Assembly: GCA_010909165.1 (NCBI GenBank)
Contig: MU008182.1
Location: forward strand, 434,001 to 498,000
Direction: 5' to 3'
Source of the DNA: Anthoceros angustus
Lineage: Eukaryota; Plantae; Anthocerotophyta
Length of the DNA stretch: 64,000 nt
Part shown: piece by piece, positions 51,950-64,000 of the stretch
Layout: every line of letters starts with the position of its first letter
Position numbering within the stretch: the stretch's first letter is position 1
The notes under the pieces: model-generated
Told to the model about the DNA's origin: nothing
Seen by the model: only the letters and a program-made list of their open reading frames with translations
The model's database searches: none
Position numbers and translations under genes: made by a program

Positions 51950-54050
51950 TCATGCACCTGGTTGTGAGTGTTCAGAGGCCATGTGACCAGACCTTTTTTT
52001 GGACAAATGCGGTGTGAGTCGTGGATAAACACTTTGAGGCTGGATCCCATGTTGTATCAATGGGTATACGCCTTGTGACGAAATGCCCCATTTTGTGAGG
52101 GCACACCGAGTGCTGACCCCCCTATGTACTGAATGGTTCAATGTATACGACAGCTTAGAATGATCGCCACAGTCCAGCAAAGTGTACATACCAATGCTGT
52201 CGGGAACTTGCTCATAGTAGAAGGCTTTCACAACAATAGTGCCTGCTTCAAACTCCTCCTCTCCCCAATTAGTATCCTTGAAGGTCGGCCAAGTTCATGC
52301 AGTTCCATACATTTCAAGAGATAAAAGTCCACTTCCTCAGGATTTCCCTTTGGAGCCAACACCATGAAATTTGTACCTGTAGTTACGGTCATTGAACCAT
52401 AGCCCATACCTTTAGGTCGTTGAGGCTCTTCATCGCTGGGCCGTCAGTGTTCCTCCCTCCACGCCCAGCCCCCCTCCGCTTCAATGGGCCAGCCCGACCA
52501 CGATTGCTTCCTCCACGGCGGCCACTACCACGTGAAGGGTGCGAACTTCCTGTACGTGCATTTGTGCTCTCATCCTGTTCTACAAGAGCAGCAACTAAAC
52601 CTGTCAACCTGTCATCCACCTCTTGAGCATGCAGGGTGGCATCTTCATCCTTGTCGATGCGGAGCTTCTGTGCATGCTCGGTGTCATTGTCCACTTGATC
52701 GCCCTCCACAGATTCGCCCCCCTCGGCAGCTTTGAGAAGAGACTGTGTCTCCATGCGGGCAGTGGAGATCACAACCTGACCATCACCAACCTTTTCACTC
52801 TTGTCCACACCATCACCATCAAGCATAGCCACATGGTCACCAAAGGACAGAGCTACACAATTAACGGGCTTCAAACCACCAACAGGCTGAACATCACCTG
52901 CAGCTATAACCTCTTGGGCACCAGAAATGACAACAACAGCATGCTGACCATCGCTGTCTACCAATTCAATCTCGTCACCCTCCTGAAGAGGTCCATCGCG
53001 TTCTTCATCACTAGGTGCCAGAACTACCTGGTCACCAATGTGGACAGCACCATCGACCTGTACATCACTAGACCCTACAAGCATATCGTCAATACTCTTC
53101 AGAACACCATCTTCGTGGAGCAAAGTCTGACCAACAATGGCATCCACATCCTTCAGACTCGCTAATGAATTTCCAGAGTGTTAGGTGCGACTGTAGGGGC
53201 ACACGAGCGAAGCCAGGGACCAAGGGCCACACCGTCCATGTTCCCTTCAAGCCCGCCCGTTCCCAAAACGCAGCCTTGAGCCTGTACAGCAAGGGCCACC
53301 ACCTCAGAGTCCATCTTTGGAGGATTGGATTGGCTACCGGCTGTGGACACGACAATTGGCCCGGATTGCGATGCTGCAAGCTGGACTTGTTCAAGCGTGG
53401 CAAGCACATATTCATGCATGTCCCAGCATGAACGCACCTCCGTATTAGTCGTTGCTGGTGGAGCCCTAGGCGGTGCTGGTGCTGGTGTTGGTGCTGGCGG
53501 CGGTGTTTTAAAGAGGCTACTCACAGCATGCATGGAGAAGTTTGTGGACATGGGGGACAGCCTGCTCATGTTCCCTGCCACAAGCAGCACCATTCAAAAA
53601 TGAGAAGAATGATACAAATATGGCCAGGAAATTCGCTCACCCATTGGCAGATAGCAATGTGCAAGTGCACCAAACCTGGTGATTCTAAGTACTTCTTGCT
53701 CTGAGGTGTTGCCAGCCAGTTGTTTGAGCTTATCGGAGCGCCACCTTCTGCCCATCTATGATGTAGTGTTGCAGGATCGCGAATAATCTCCAAATACTCT
53801 GCTTCCCACTGTGCTCGCTGGTCATCCTCCCACGATGCAGGTGCAGTTTGGTGTTCTTCGAAGGGCCACCCCTTGGCCAGCAACCACGTTTTTGAAATCT
53901 CCAGGTTGCACCCTGTGCGCGGGCAGGAACATGCCTTTTGCAACGCTTGGAAGAGACATATGTCATGGAAGCAATGCCCACAGGGCACGAATACCATCTC
54001 GTTGCATGCATACCACCTGCAGAAAGACCCATGTTAAAGTCAGAAGAGCT
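51950..54050 (-). pseudogene. Fragmented gene: RING finger + acidic low-complexity + RGG patch + C-terminal beta-rich domain
   Basis: MVFVPCGHCFHDICL....CSCPRTGC (RING C-terminal half), ORFs 53162-53593 and 52389-53147, then NFMVLAPKGNPEEVDFYLLKC..WGEEEFEAGTIVVKAFYYEQ. Confidence 0.55.
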
Positions 54051-54254
54051 GCGCCTTCACCAACAAATCACAACTGTATTACGATCATAACATCACAAGC
54101 TATCGCAACTACATTACAATCCTTGCCGACACATCACCAAAGAGAATTGAAGACCACCAACTGTGGCCACCACATCAGGTATGCGGCCACCATGTCACAT
54201 ACTCGGGCAGATCACCACCAAACCCGCCATCACATCATGTATGCGGCCACCATG

Positions 54255-57200
54255 CCCTACTAGAAAAGGGCACCCTATGTTACACTTTATGTTAAGATTT
54301 GGACCCCTGGATGTAACACTCATGTTGCAATTTTGGGGTCATGTAACACTTTTTGGGCCCCTTGTTACACTTTTGGCTTGGAAACCATACCACGTTGTTG
54401 CAATCATGTTGCAATGGTGTTGCAATTATGTTAAGATGAAGTGAGAGGTGGTTTTGCCTCTCTCAAAATTGCAACATGATTGCAACATCTAAAGTGTTAC
54501 AAGAGAGGTCTTGTAACACTTTTGGAGGCTTGGTACCGAACCTCCTCCCCATCCACCATTGCCCTTTTACTTTTGCCCTTTGAAATACCACGTTTTACTT
54601 GGTAGTTACCGATACGCCCTTCAATACGACCACATATAAAATACGTATCAATACATCCTTGTACTATACGCATATAGTCTACGTGATAAATGTAATGTAT
54701 TATTCTAAGTGCTATACGGTGTATTCAATTTCATATAAAATAAGTTTGTATATTATCGTATTACATCGTACACTGCATACATATTCATGATACGATACTT
54801 TGTATTTACTATTTGTAAATAGCGGCCCTTTATACCCCTACTTTATAGCATGTGGCTTGCGGTTTGTCCTTCCCACGTCAACAATAGCCATCGGCTTCCC
54901 GCCATGGCCCAAGAAGATATTGTCCCCACCTATCACCTTATTGTGACGCATCACCATGAGGTTATGCCCCTACAAGATTGTCTTTGTCGGAGGAGATTTG
55001 GTATCGCGGCTTATGCTTTTCTCGCCTCCATGTAAGGCACTTCCTACTCGTCATCGTATGCACCTACGAAACTTCCGCCTCCGTTCGATTCGCAATTTTC
55101 TTCTTCCCTCCCTTGCGTTGGTGAGGCAAGCTTTGCCACTTCCTCCGCTTCCCTCCACGCCTTACAGCACATTGCACATACAAACCAGCATGGCCATCAT
55201 GAGTTATCCGTTAATGGGTTTCCACAACAAAGCGGACCATTTGCCTTACCTTCCCTCCGTCCTCCTCTTTTCTTACGCCCTTCTTGCTGGACATTTTCCT
55301 CTTCCGTCCTCCTTCTTCCGGTGCCGCCGTGCCCTTGTCACTTGCCCACCGCCCCGCCTCTACTCCTCCTCCCGTTTTCCTCTTTCGGCCTCCACCCTTT
55401 ATCACAGGTGGCATTGCCTCAACTGGGGCTCCACTATGCAGGTCCATGCTCTCAGCATCCGAGGCTGCAAGGTATGTGTCTGGCACGAAATTAGGCACAT
55501 CGTCCTCTTCAGCACCTGCCTCCTCTGCTGCGTCCATGTTCTCTGCAGCGTCCCCCCCACGTCCTGTCCCCCCCTGGCCTCCATCTGTGCATTGGCCTTT
55601 GCTGATATCAACTGCACCTGCATGTTGCCCTCTTAGTCCTCCTTCATTCTCTCTCCCCCTCGACATCTGCCTCATATGTTCTGGCGCCTTTTGCCCCCGA
55701 CCATGGCTGCTGTGGGTGATCCACTCTGTCCTCCGCCACCCGCTCCTCCTAGTCCCCTGCGATTTTTTGGCTGTCCATAGTGCACACAAGTGTGTTTCTT
55801 CCTGGTGACGGTTCAGTTGCCCCCCTCCGTGCTCCACCACCCGACTCCTGCCCTCCACACACCTTGTTCCTGCCCTCCATCGGCGTCGTCACTCCATCTG
55901 ATCCCAACGGCCTCCACCCTCCCCATACATGGCCGTCACCTGGCGGTCTCGGGCACCCCTCCACCTCTTTTCCATTATTTGCTTGCTGCCCACCTGACAC
56001 AGCCCTCGTTGCCCTGCCTCCATTGACCCCAATCCCAGGCATGCAGCTTCCACCAACCCTAGGCGATCGTGGTGTCGCGGGCACCACAATATCGTCCACA
56101 CTGTCACTCGTTTCCCCCCTCCGCTGCCTCCCTTCTGCATGCTTCCTCAAGACCGCGCTTCCCCGTCTCCACTTCACCGCTCCTTGTTCATCGTCACCTT
56201 TCCCCCCATTCCAAGTCCCGTACGCGTTGTGCCTCGCCCCTCTGGCCTCCTTCCTCCCAAGCCCCCTTCCGCGCCATCTGCATTTCTTGATAGCCTCTCG
56301 TTGTCCATGTCACCACCTCGTGCACCATCGTTGCCTCCCACCCCTTCCTTCCGTCGTCTCGGAAGGCCACCATATCGGGATCCATCTTCAATTCAATGTC
56401 GTTAAGCAAAATGGTCATTTCCTTGTTCTCCTTGCAATAGCCGAACCTCTAGGATCTTTTCATACACTCCCTATCTTACTGAAGGAACTCAGCACAACCC
56501 CACTATCGCCTTTCACGATTTCCACCCTTTCCCTTCTAGCAATCGCCACCGCCCGTCCTCGAAGGTTGCCTCCCTTGTCTCAAGCTTGAGCACGCCCGGC
56601 CCAGTGCACATGTGTTACCCGTTTGTCCACCATGCCCACTCATCCGGCATGCAAACTTCAGAACGTGTGCACACTTTGCCAGCGTCACTTGCCGTTAACG
56701 CGAGTCTGCGAAAACCCACCTCATCCAACAGAAATAGCTCTTCATCTATTTCCTTCACTTCCTGCAGCTCCAACTCCGCATCCGTCGGGGCTGGGAGGTT
56801 CCACGTCTCAAAGTCGTCAAAATCAAGTTTGGGCTCGGCCATGTCGCCTCGCCTCTTACCTCTCGTGGCCGTCTTCGACGAGGCCGCTTCTTCACATCGC
56901 CGATGTCGAATGGAGACCGCCGGGTGCGGTGGATGAGCGAGATAGCCCGAGGCCATTTGGCCCCTCATCCTCCCCACCCGGATAGCCATTCGGCGCCGTA
57001 CTCCCCTAGCAAGCTTCACCTCGCCATACTCCCATCCTGCGAACCGGTTGTCCACCACCTTCGTGCCATCAAGGCAATGGCTTCCCTCAGTGAAAGGTGC
57101 GGGCCATGAGTCCCAGCCGAATTCAAGGCTGCTATTTTGAAAAGCTTTGTTTGCAAAGGCCCGGTGGTTGTCATTTACTCCTCTTGGGAGGCGGCATTGT

Positions 57201-60200
57201 GCACATGCTACTTGCCCATAATCGAACAATTTTCGACCACAACCTTGCGGACTTGGGAGCAAGTTTCATGTCCCATTGGTTACTGTCGTTACTCATGATG
57301 TATTATATTGCCCACATGGCGCACCGCTCTCAATGCCCATTCGCATTTACCATTAATCATCGTCTTCCACGACCAAAGATTGCCTTGTGCATCCGGGAGG
57401 GAGGAGACAATAGACTATAACCTGCAAACCAATCACCATACATGATTTATTCCACTTTCACGCGTGACTCGAGTAGCGTGCGCAAAGGGTGACTTGTCAT
57501 GTCGGTCAGCGGTATGGGCGGGCACTATTGCGTGTGACATGGGAAGTACACGTAGTGATCAAGGATGAAGGACTTTCCCATCCCAATGTTTAATTACGGT
57601 AAGCATATGTCCCCACATTGTGAGGTATAAACCGTCCCTGCTCACACGATGACTACTGTGCCCCAAAGACGGCAAGAGCCAAGGGACGATGACCCTCCAT
57701 ACCAGGTCCTTGATGGCCGACGAGGGGAGAGCAACCTCCCATCCATCATCCTCGATGGCCATCGTCATTGACAGGGAATTGCAGCCCTTGTCCTTAATGG
57801 CCATCGTCGGTTTCCACCACCAGGCAACAATAATGTGCACACACTTCTGCAATGATCCACAAACAGACACAGGTCAGGCAGCGGAAGGCGGCGGTTTTGA
57901 CTTATGCGGATTCCACAAACACTTTAGCTGCAGCATGGACTTGTAGGTAGGCGAATAGGGCCAAAAAGTGTTCACATCCGGCCTCACGAACCCCAGCCAT
58001 ACCGTGTGTGGTCACGAACACCATGCCCGCACCATGTGGAAGGAACCACCTCGCCACCGAACGGCAAGTCCCCACGAGGATAGCCACGATGAGAGCTGCT
58101 CCACGCCATGAGGCGGTGACACCGCCTCCAACCTTTGCAAAGGATCCTTGATGGCCATCAACGATTTCTAGTTGTGCACGAAGATGGAGACATGAACACA
58201 CGCCTCGTGGTGCGAACTACCACTCCACGCCCATTTAGGTTTCCGACGGAAGCTAGCTCGGCATACGTCAACATGTCCGTCATACATGGCATAAGGTAGC
58301 AGGAGGCGCTGCAGGCATGTTTCATGAAGGCAGCTCGCCGCGGTGCGAGGATGACCAAGAGAAAGGTAGTAGCGTGAAGCGAGGGCAAGGTGGTGACATT
58401 TAAAGCGGACCACCACCTTCTGACCTCTTGTGCCCCAGGCCACATCGGGTTGCGGATGAGAGGATCTTGAATTTCAAGCTGTCCTTACATGTGACAAACC
58501 AAACATGGCGAGCTTTGATGGTGCCGTCGATACATGATTCTTTGGTAAATGCAATGAGTGTGAAATGGCCGCGCCATAAAGGAGCGGAATGCGAAGTTTG
58601 TTTTCATGTCTCCTAAGGGCTGGAAATCCTTTGCGGCAGTGCGGCGCCATAGTGACGTCAGAGCCGTCACCCTAGCATGGTGCCGGATGGCGTGAATACA
58701 TTATCGTTACGCCATGTGACGCATGATTGGTGGAGAGCGAATGGGAGTCTCGACGATGGACATCATTATCTAGGAGAACGGAATTGGCATATATGGCAAA
58801 TTCACATACGGACGGTCCTTCATTCATGGCATAATGAAAGGGGCATTTAGTTTGCTTGAATGGCTCTCACGTGCCACCCACCGTCCTTGCACAATGGTGT
58901 AGATGTTGATATAGATTATTAAAATGGAGCAGTAGCGTCATCGGTTCAAACGACCTTGACGTGGCATGTTTTCTTCCATGCCATGAGTTTTCAATTATTC
59001 TAATGGCTTGCACCCACCTTCCTTGGACCATGGTGGAGGAGAATTTTATTTGAGAGAAAGGGAACCATTGTCCTTGGTTCATGGCGGTTGTAAGATGGCC
59101 ATGACCTTGTCATGGCATGGCACTTCCTTGGTCATCGGCCACTCGAAATCGCATTGCAAACACTTGTCCTTGGGTCACGAAATGGTCATAAAAAGCGGGG
59201 ACTATATATGGCATGCATGGAGGAATGGCATCGTGGACAAGGAAGGTTTCGTGTTTGTGCACCGTGCACAAACATGAAATAGCAGAGGAAGGTGGCATGG
59301 CAAGGCAAGGAGCCATGGCATGGCATGCCACGTAGTCCCCCTTCTTGGATGGAAGCACGGCGAAGGATGGTCCTAGCGCGGCAAGTGAGGTGGGCACGCT
59401 GGAGAATGCGGATTCAACAAGTGGAGGGTGGATGATCATCGCGTGGGCGGGCGGCGAGAGAGGTGTCGGGTCTTTGGAGGGGAGCAACTTCCAACAGTGG
59501 AGTCTGCGCCAAAGAGGAGGACGATCTTGAGAAAGCGGCCGCAAGGGAGTGGGTGTCTCTAATAGGTGGGAGCTAACTGGGCTTGCTGCGGAGAGAATCC
59601 AAAACTTTCGGAGGAGGAATCGCCAGGCCGTGACATCGGGAGGAGGAGGAATTTGGCGTGAGTCAGGAGAAAGAGGACTGGTGATCGGGAGGAGCATGGT
59701 GGTGCTGCCCAAGAGGCCGACCGTGTGGTGGCGAGAGAGAGGCCATTGGTCTTGTGGACCTTCTCGGTGGCGATGGATAACCCCAACAACGTGGGAGGAG
59801 GATGCCTGTGGAGGGGCTGCGCCACAGGAGTGGAGGCGGTCTCTGGAGGAGGCGGTTGCGGAGGCGGGCCAAGGCAGCGTGCATATGATGGTCGGGAGGC
59901 GGTGAGGAGAAGGACACCGGTGGCGCAATGATGGGGAAAGCGCAAGCAGGCGGATGTGGAGATGGCGGATGATGAGGTGGAGACGACATACCGACTACAT
60001 TGCCACTACCTGAAATTGGAGAATTGATGGAGCAGTTGGCCGGTAAGCCACTAGACGACGTCATTGCCGTGTTGTGCGGTGCATGGTGGAGTGTACATGG
60101 CGTGAGCGGTTATGCGATGGAGGTTGGGTGGAGAATGAGGAGTTGAGGTTGGTGCGGCGTGGTGATATGTAGGACGTGAGCTCTAAGTGATGTGTGTGCA

Positions 60201-61724
60201 TGACTGCGGGGAAGAAGGAAGGAAAGCGGTGGAAGGTGAAGGCCATGTCGAAGGAAGGCAGATACTAGTGGAGAGAAGGAAGATGGAGGAAAGGTGGCAA
60301 GCAGGCGTCACCGTCAAGTGATCTTGGAGGCAACGTAGATGGTGGGGAACCCGGATGTGGGAGCGAGCTGAGAGATGGTGGGGAACGGATGTGGGAGCGG
60401 GAGCACTGGAGAGATGGTGGGGAACTGGATGGATGAGAGAATGCGGAGCGCATGCCGACGTAACTGGAAAACAACCGTGGCGGTGGGCCGTTTGTGGAGG
60501 GAATGTGAATGTTCGAGCCATTTTCTTGCGACTGGAGTCGCCAAGATGCGTGGTGGACCGGTGATGGTCAATCGGCAACAAGCAGATGGAATTGGTATTC
60601 CCACCTTTATAGCCTAGCATTTACAGGGTCCTTCGCCGTGAAAGTGGTGATTGAGGCCTGGATAGGTCTAGGAAGTTGTGGAGGAACCACGAAAACAATG
60701 GTGTTGGTCGAAGAGTCACCAAGTGGCGTCAAGACGCCTTGCCATATCACTTGGAAGACGTACATGTTTGTAGATAAAGCCAATTGCATCGGTGGCAACA
60801 AAGCCACCGATCTTTGAAAGGGATAGAGGACGCTTGAACTGTCCAAAATTCCAATTAATTTGTCAATAAAATCAAACACTTATATATGCAAGGTATGAGA
60901 GTGACGTAAGGGTTAGCACATATATTATTATATAAACAAGTCTTGATGCCTATATACATATATATGTATACAAAGAGGCATATAAATACACTAATATAAT
61001 AGAAGTATAACAGATGGATGTGTACATATATGTACACATACTTATGTCTTGAAGCCTATATACATATATATGTATACAGTATATGCAAAGGAGGTAAAAA
61101 GGAAGGAAGGACAGCCCCAGGGAGAGGTCCTTGTAACAAGCAAGTTGCAAGAGGAATAGAGGAAGAGTATAAAATGGTTGTGATAGGGAGGTCCTTCTCA
61201 CGGTCATGATGGAGGAGGAGAAGTGAAAGAGTATAAAAGGGTGTGATAAGGGGCAATAAATAGCGAGGTGAGGTGAGAGGAGAGACCAAGCATTGTGTTA
61301 AGATGGGGTGAGAAGGTGGATAAGAAAAGGACACCTTGAACACCAAGCCACCATAAAGTGTTGCAATTTTGAAGTGGTACATGAAGTGAGAGACCAAGCA
61401 TTGTGTTAGGATGGTGGGAGAAGGAAGAGAAAAATGGACCAACTTAACACCAAGCCATCAAAACATGTTGCAAGTTGGAAGTGTTACATAAAATTGCAAC
61501 ACGCAGTAATAAGGCGGTGGGAAATTATTAACAATGCTTGTGAGAGAGGGGTGTACCCGGAAGGGGAGGTGGGAAGAGAGAGTGCAGTTCGTGTTAAGAT
61601 GGTCGCACCAAACGGGACGTAACTAACAAACTTAATACCAAGCCTCCAAAACATGTTGCAATGTGGAAGTGTAACAAAAAATTGCAACATCCACTGTAAC
61701 ATAGGGTGCCCTTTTCTAGTAGGG
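54255..61724. mobile_element. CACTA/En-Spm-type element with CCCTA termini, 7470 bp, apparently non-autonomous
   Basis: Perfect 30-bp TIRs (CCCTACTAGAAAAGGGCACCCTATGTTACA) at 54255-54284 and 61695-61724. 3-bp TSD ATG (54252-54254 / 61725-61727). Subterminal TGTTGCAA and GTAACAC repeats at both ends. Confidence 0.9.
58480..58720 (-). pseudogene. Possible Ulp1-type (C48) protease remnant inside the CACTA element
   Basis: TWRNDNVF (WLND-like), PLWRGHFTLIAF, DSL. The catalytic QxxxxxCG motif was not clearly found. Confidence 0.35.
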
Positions 61725-62010
61725 ATGGCACATACTCGGGCAGATCACCACCAAACCTGCCATCACATCAAGTAAGCGGCCACCATGGCACATACTCGGG
61801 CAATTCACCACCAAACCCGCCATCACATCAAGTAAGCGGCCACCATGGCACATACTCGGGCAGTTCACCACTAACCCCGCCACCACATCAAGTAAGCGGC
61901 CAGCATGGCACATACTCGGGCAGTTCACCACCAAACCCACCACCACATCAAGTAAGCGGCCACCATGTCACAAACTCGGGCAGTTCACCACCAACCCCGC
62001 CACCACATCT
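61725..62010. repeat. 60-bp tandem repeat (about 5 copies, plus about 1.5 copies at 54165-54254) interrupted by the CACTA insertion
   Basis: gcggccaccatggcacatactcgggcaRttcaccaccaaacccgccaYcacatcaagtaa at exact 60-nt spacing. Confidence 0.9.
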
Positions 62011-62893
62011 CTATGATGCCCGACGCCACCACATTTCTATGATGCTCGACGCCACCACATCTCTATGATGCTCGACGCCACCACATCTCCACATGCCACC
62101 ACATCTCCATGATGTCCAATCGACCACCAACCCCGGCCACCACAACAAATCCTGTCATTCCATCACAGTGCCTGCATACAAGCAACCTGCCTCACAGTGC
62201 ATGCATACCACCAGGTCTACCACACATGCAGCAAGTTCTGTGGACAAGAAATAGAATGGCAAACCAGTGCACCATCTCTGCACAGAGCGCATGCATCTTC
62301 CACACACCACAATCAAACACATGGACTTCCACGCCAAAAAGCCAACATCTGCATGCAGCATCAACTCAGATCATAGAGAGTAAGAGCAAGTGCTCTGGTT
62401 CCCTACCAGCCTTCACTCCCACAAGGAGAAACAGAACTTGCTGGAGAACAACAAACAAGCTGACCTGTTTGTAAGCAGCAATCATTGCACACTCATTGCA
62501 GCAACCCTTGACCTTCAGAAACATCCTCCGCATATTCCAGCAGGAATAACAAACATTTGCACACATCTGCTGCAAACACGATATCTTTCGAAGGGGGTGA
62601 ATATCCGAAACCCCTTCTATGACATGGAAACCCTCTTAGCACATTCCACACAGTCCTGAAATATGCGTTTTGCCTCGTTTTCAAGAAAGGTCGACCGTTT
62701 TCCATCGAGTAGTTATCATGAAAACCTGTTTCCAACACACAAAGACAACAAATCCAAGCGAAGGCGCCGGCCGGCCGGCGCCTTCGCGCTGAGGAAGAGG
62801 AAAATGAGATCATCAATTGCCTCACTACAGCGGGTCCAAAAGTTATTACGAACACGAGAAGAAGCACATCTAGGTGCCTACAGAACCGTAAAC

Positions 62894-63260
62894 CTACTCT
62901 CTATGACTAACTTGTGACTCATCGGGTGCTAGAGCGGACTCCGAATCCATCACGATGACCAAATTTCGAATCCGCTCCAGTTCCCGTTCATCAAAGCTAT
63001 CGTTCTCGCCCAAAGCCCTTGAGTCTTCGTTCAGTCCTCGCCAGTTTTGGTCTTCAGCCGACAAGCAAGAAACCACCTGCGCTTTCAAAGAGTCCTTCTC
63101 GTTGATACACACCTCCTTTGCCCAGAATTGCGCAAGCCCTCTGCGGTGGGCCTCTAATGTCAATTCTTCGTCAGCATTTGGCAAAACCTCATACCCATGG
63201 ATCCGTTGTGGAATATATCCTGCACACCTCAAGTCAGCCTCAATAGAGGGGCATGCTAGC
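62894..63260 (-). pseudogene. C-terminal fragment of a diverged amino-MTase paralog (copy 3)
   Basis: SIEADLRCAGYIPQRIHGYEVLPNADEELTLEAHRRGLAQFWAKEVCINEKD aligns with copy 2b SIEGDKRCAEFIPQHVHGYEVLPDAEEELTHEPHRQGPSQFWAKEVCVSEKD. Confidence 0.8.
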
Positions 63261-63449
63261 GCCCTTAAATGGCCGTGCCCATGCGCCCATAAAATCAACA
63301 AGAAGTTTTTCATGCCTCTACAGGACTCGAACCCTGACCTATTCAGGCACATACTGTTTCCAAACCACTTGAGTACCTATCCTAAATTGAAACATATTAG
63401 AAGCACTAATTATTTATTTTATCAATGGCAGCCCAATGAGGAGAACATG

Positions 63450-63595
63450 CATGGGGAGGGCGCCGGCCGGCCGGCGCCCATGTACAAGGCTTGTTGGGGA
63501 AGGCGCGGCCGGCCGGCGCCCATGTACAAGGCTTGTTGGGGAAGGCCGCCCATGTACAAAACTTGTTGGGGAAGGCGCGGCGGCCGGCGTTCTCT
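63450..63595. repeat. Tandem array (~42-bp unit) containing the palindrome GGGCGCCGGCCGGCCGGCGCCC
   Basis: 3-4 units of palindrome + catgtacaaggcttgttgggga. A 30-bp perfect palindrome with the same core lies at 62758-62787. Confidence 0.8.
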
Positions 63596-64000
63596 TTATG
63601 GATGTGTATATTGAAACTCCTCTCATGCCATGGTTGCACACATTTTCAAAAACACCTATGGACCTATTTTCATTCATTCATTCATACTGTACTATGTGTA
63701 GCTTCGTTCTCGAAGAATATATGGGCATGTTCGGTACCCAAAAGCGTGAAGCATAGCATTACTTTGAGGCTGTCGTGAAATAGACATGTGTAAGTAGAGG
63801 TTTTGTTCACCAAACGGTCATCCTCTATTATGAGTTCAACTTGACGGCGGAAACATTTGTACGCTGTGGATAAGAAGGCAATCAAGAATAACTTAATTGA
63901 ATTGCGAGGATTTATTCAACCAGCGAGTCAAAGTGCCACCGAGGATAGTGAAGATGATGGTCATGATGCCGTGCCCAACGAAGATGATGGCGTGGAGTCT

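Noticed and set aside
59008-59277. GGEFYL...WHGT resembling a TET/JBP 2OG-Fe(II) dioxygenase
   Set aside because: No upstream in-frame HxD and no distal Arg. The ORF is short and lies in CCATGG/CCTTGG-rich DNA, so a chance match is likely.
61725-62010. CRISPR-like periodic array
   Set aside because: Whole units repeat with no unique spacers, there are no cas genes, and the context is eukaryotic.
61706-62068. Extensin-like repeat protein (HGTYSGxSPPNPP)
   Set aside because: It is a translation of a 60-bp minisatellite, and the ORF starts inside the CACTA TIR.

Overview
This is eukaryotic nuclear DNA, most likely from a seed-free land plant (short GT-AG introns, plastid-targeted genes); the species cannot be determined from the sequence. 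Five host genes are supported: an ankyrin-BTB protein, a glucose-6-phosphate 1-epimerase, an intronless plastid SCY2, an intronless ABC1K kinase, and eEF1B. They sit among nested transposons: a MULE remnant, LTR/Copia/Gypsy remnants, and a 7.5-kb CACTA-type element with CCCTA ends and an ATG target-site duplication (TSD). The main find is an 11.6-kb DNA transposon (20020-31626) with 36-bp TIRs and a 4-bp TAAT TSD, inserted in a Copia 5' LTR. It carries a Sola-type (DUF7869-like) DDD transposase and, divergently, a prokaryote/phage-style ParB-like + beta-class amino (6mA/4mC) DNA methyltransferase (MTase) gene. The element is strewn with a 20-bp palindrome (GGCGCCGGCATGCCGGCGCC), including an array in a probable transposase intron. 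Three further MTase copies or fragments (about 48, 51 and 63 kb) occur with the same palindrome or a variant. Many frameshifts fall at CG/CCG/CWG sites and may be long-read errors, so the pseudogene calls are provisional. All family assignments come from motif recognition by eye, not from database searches.
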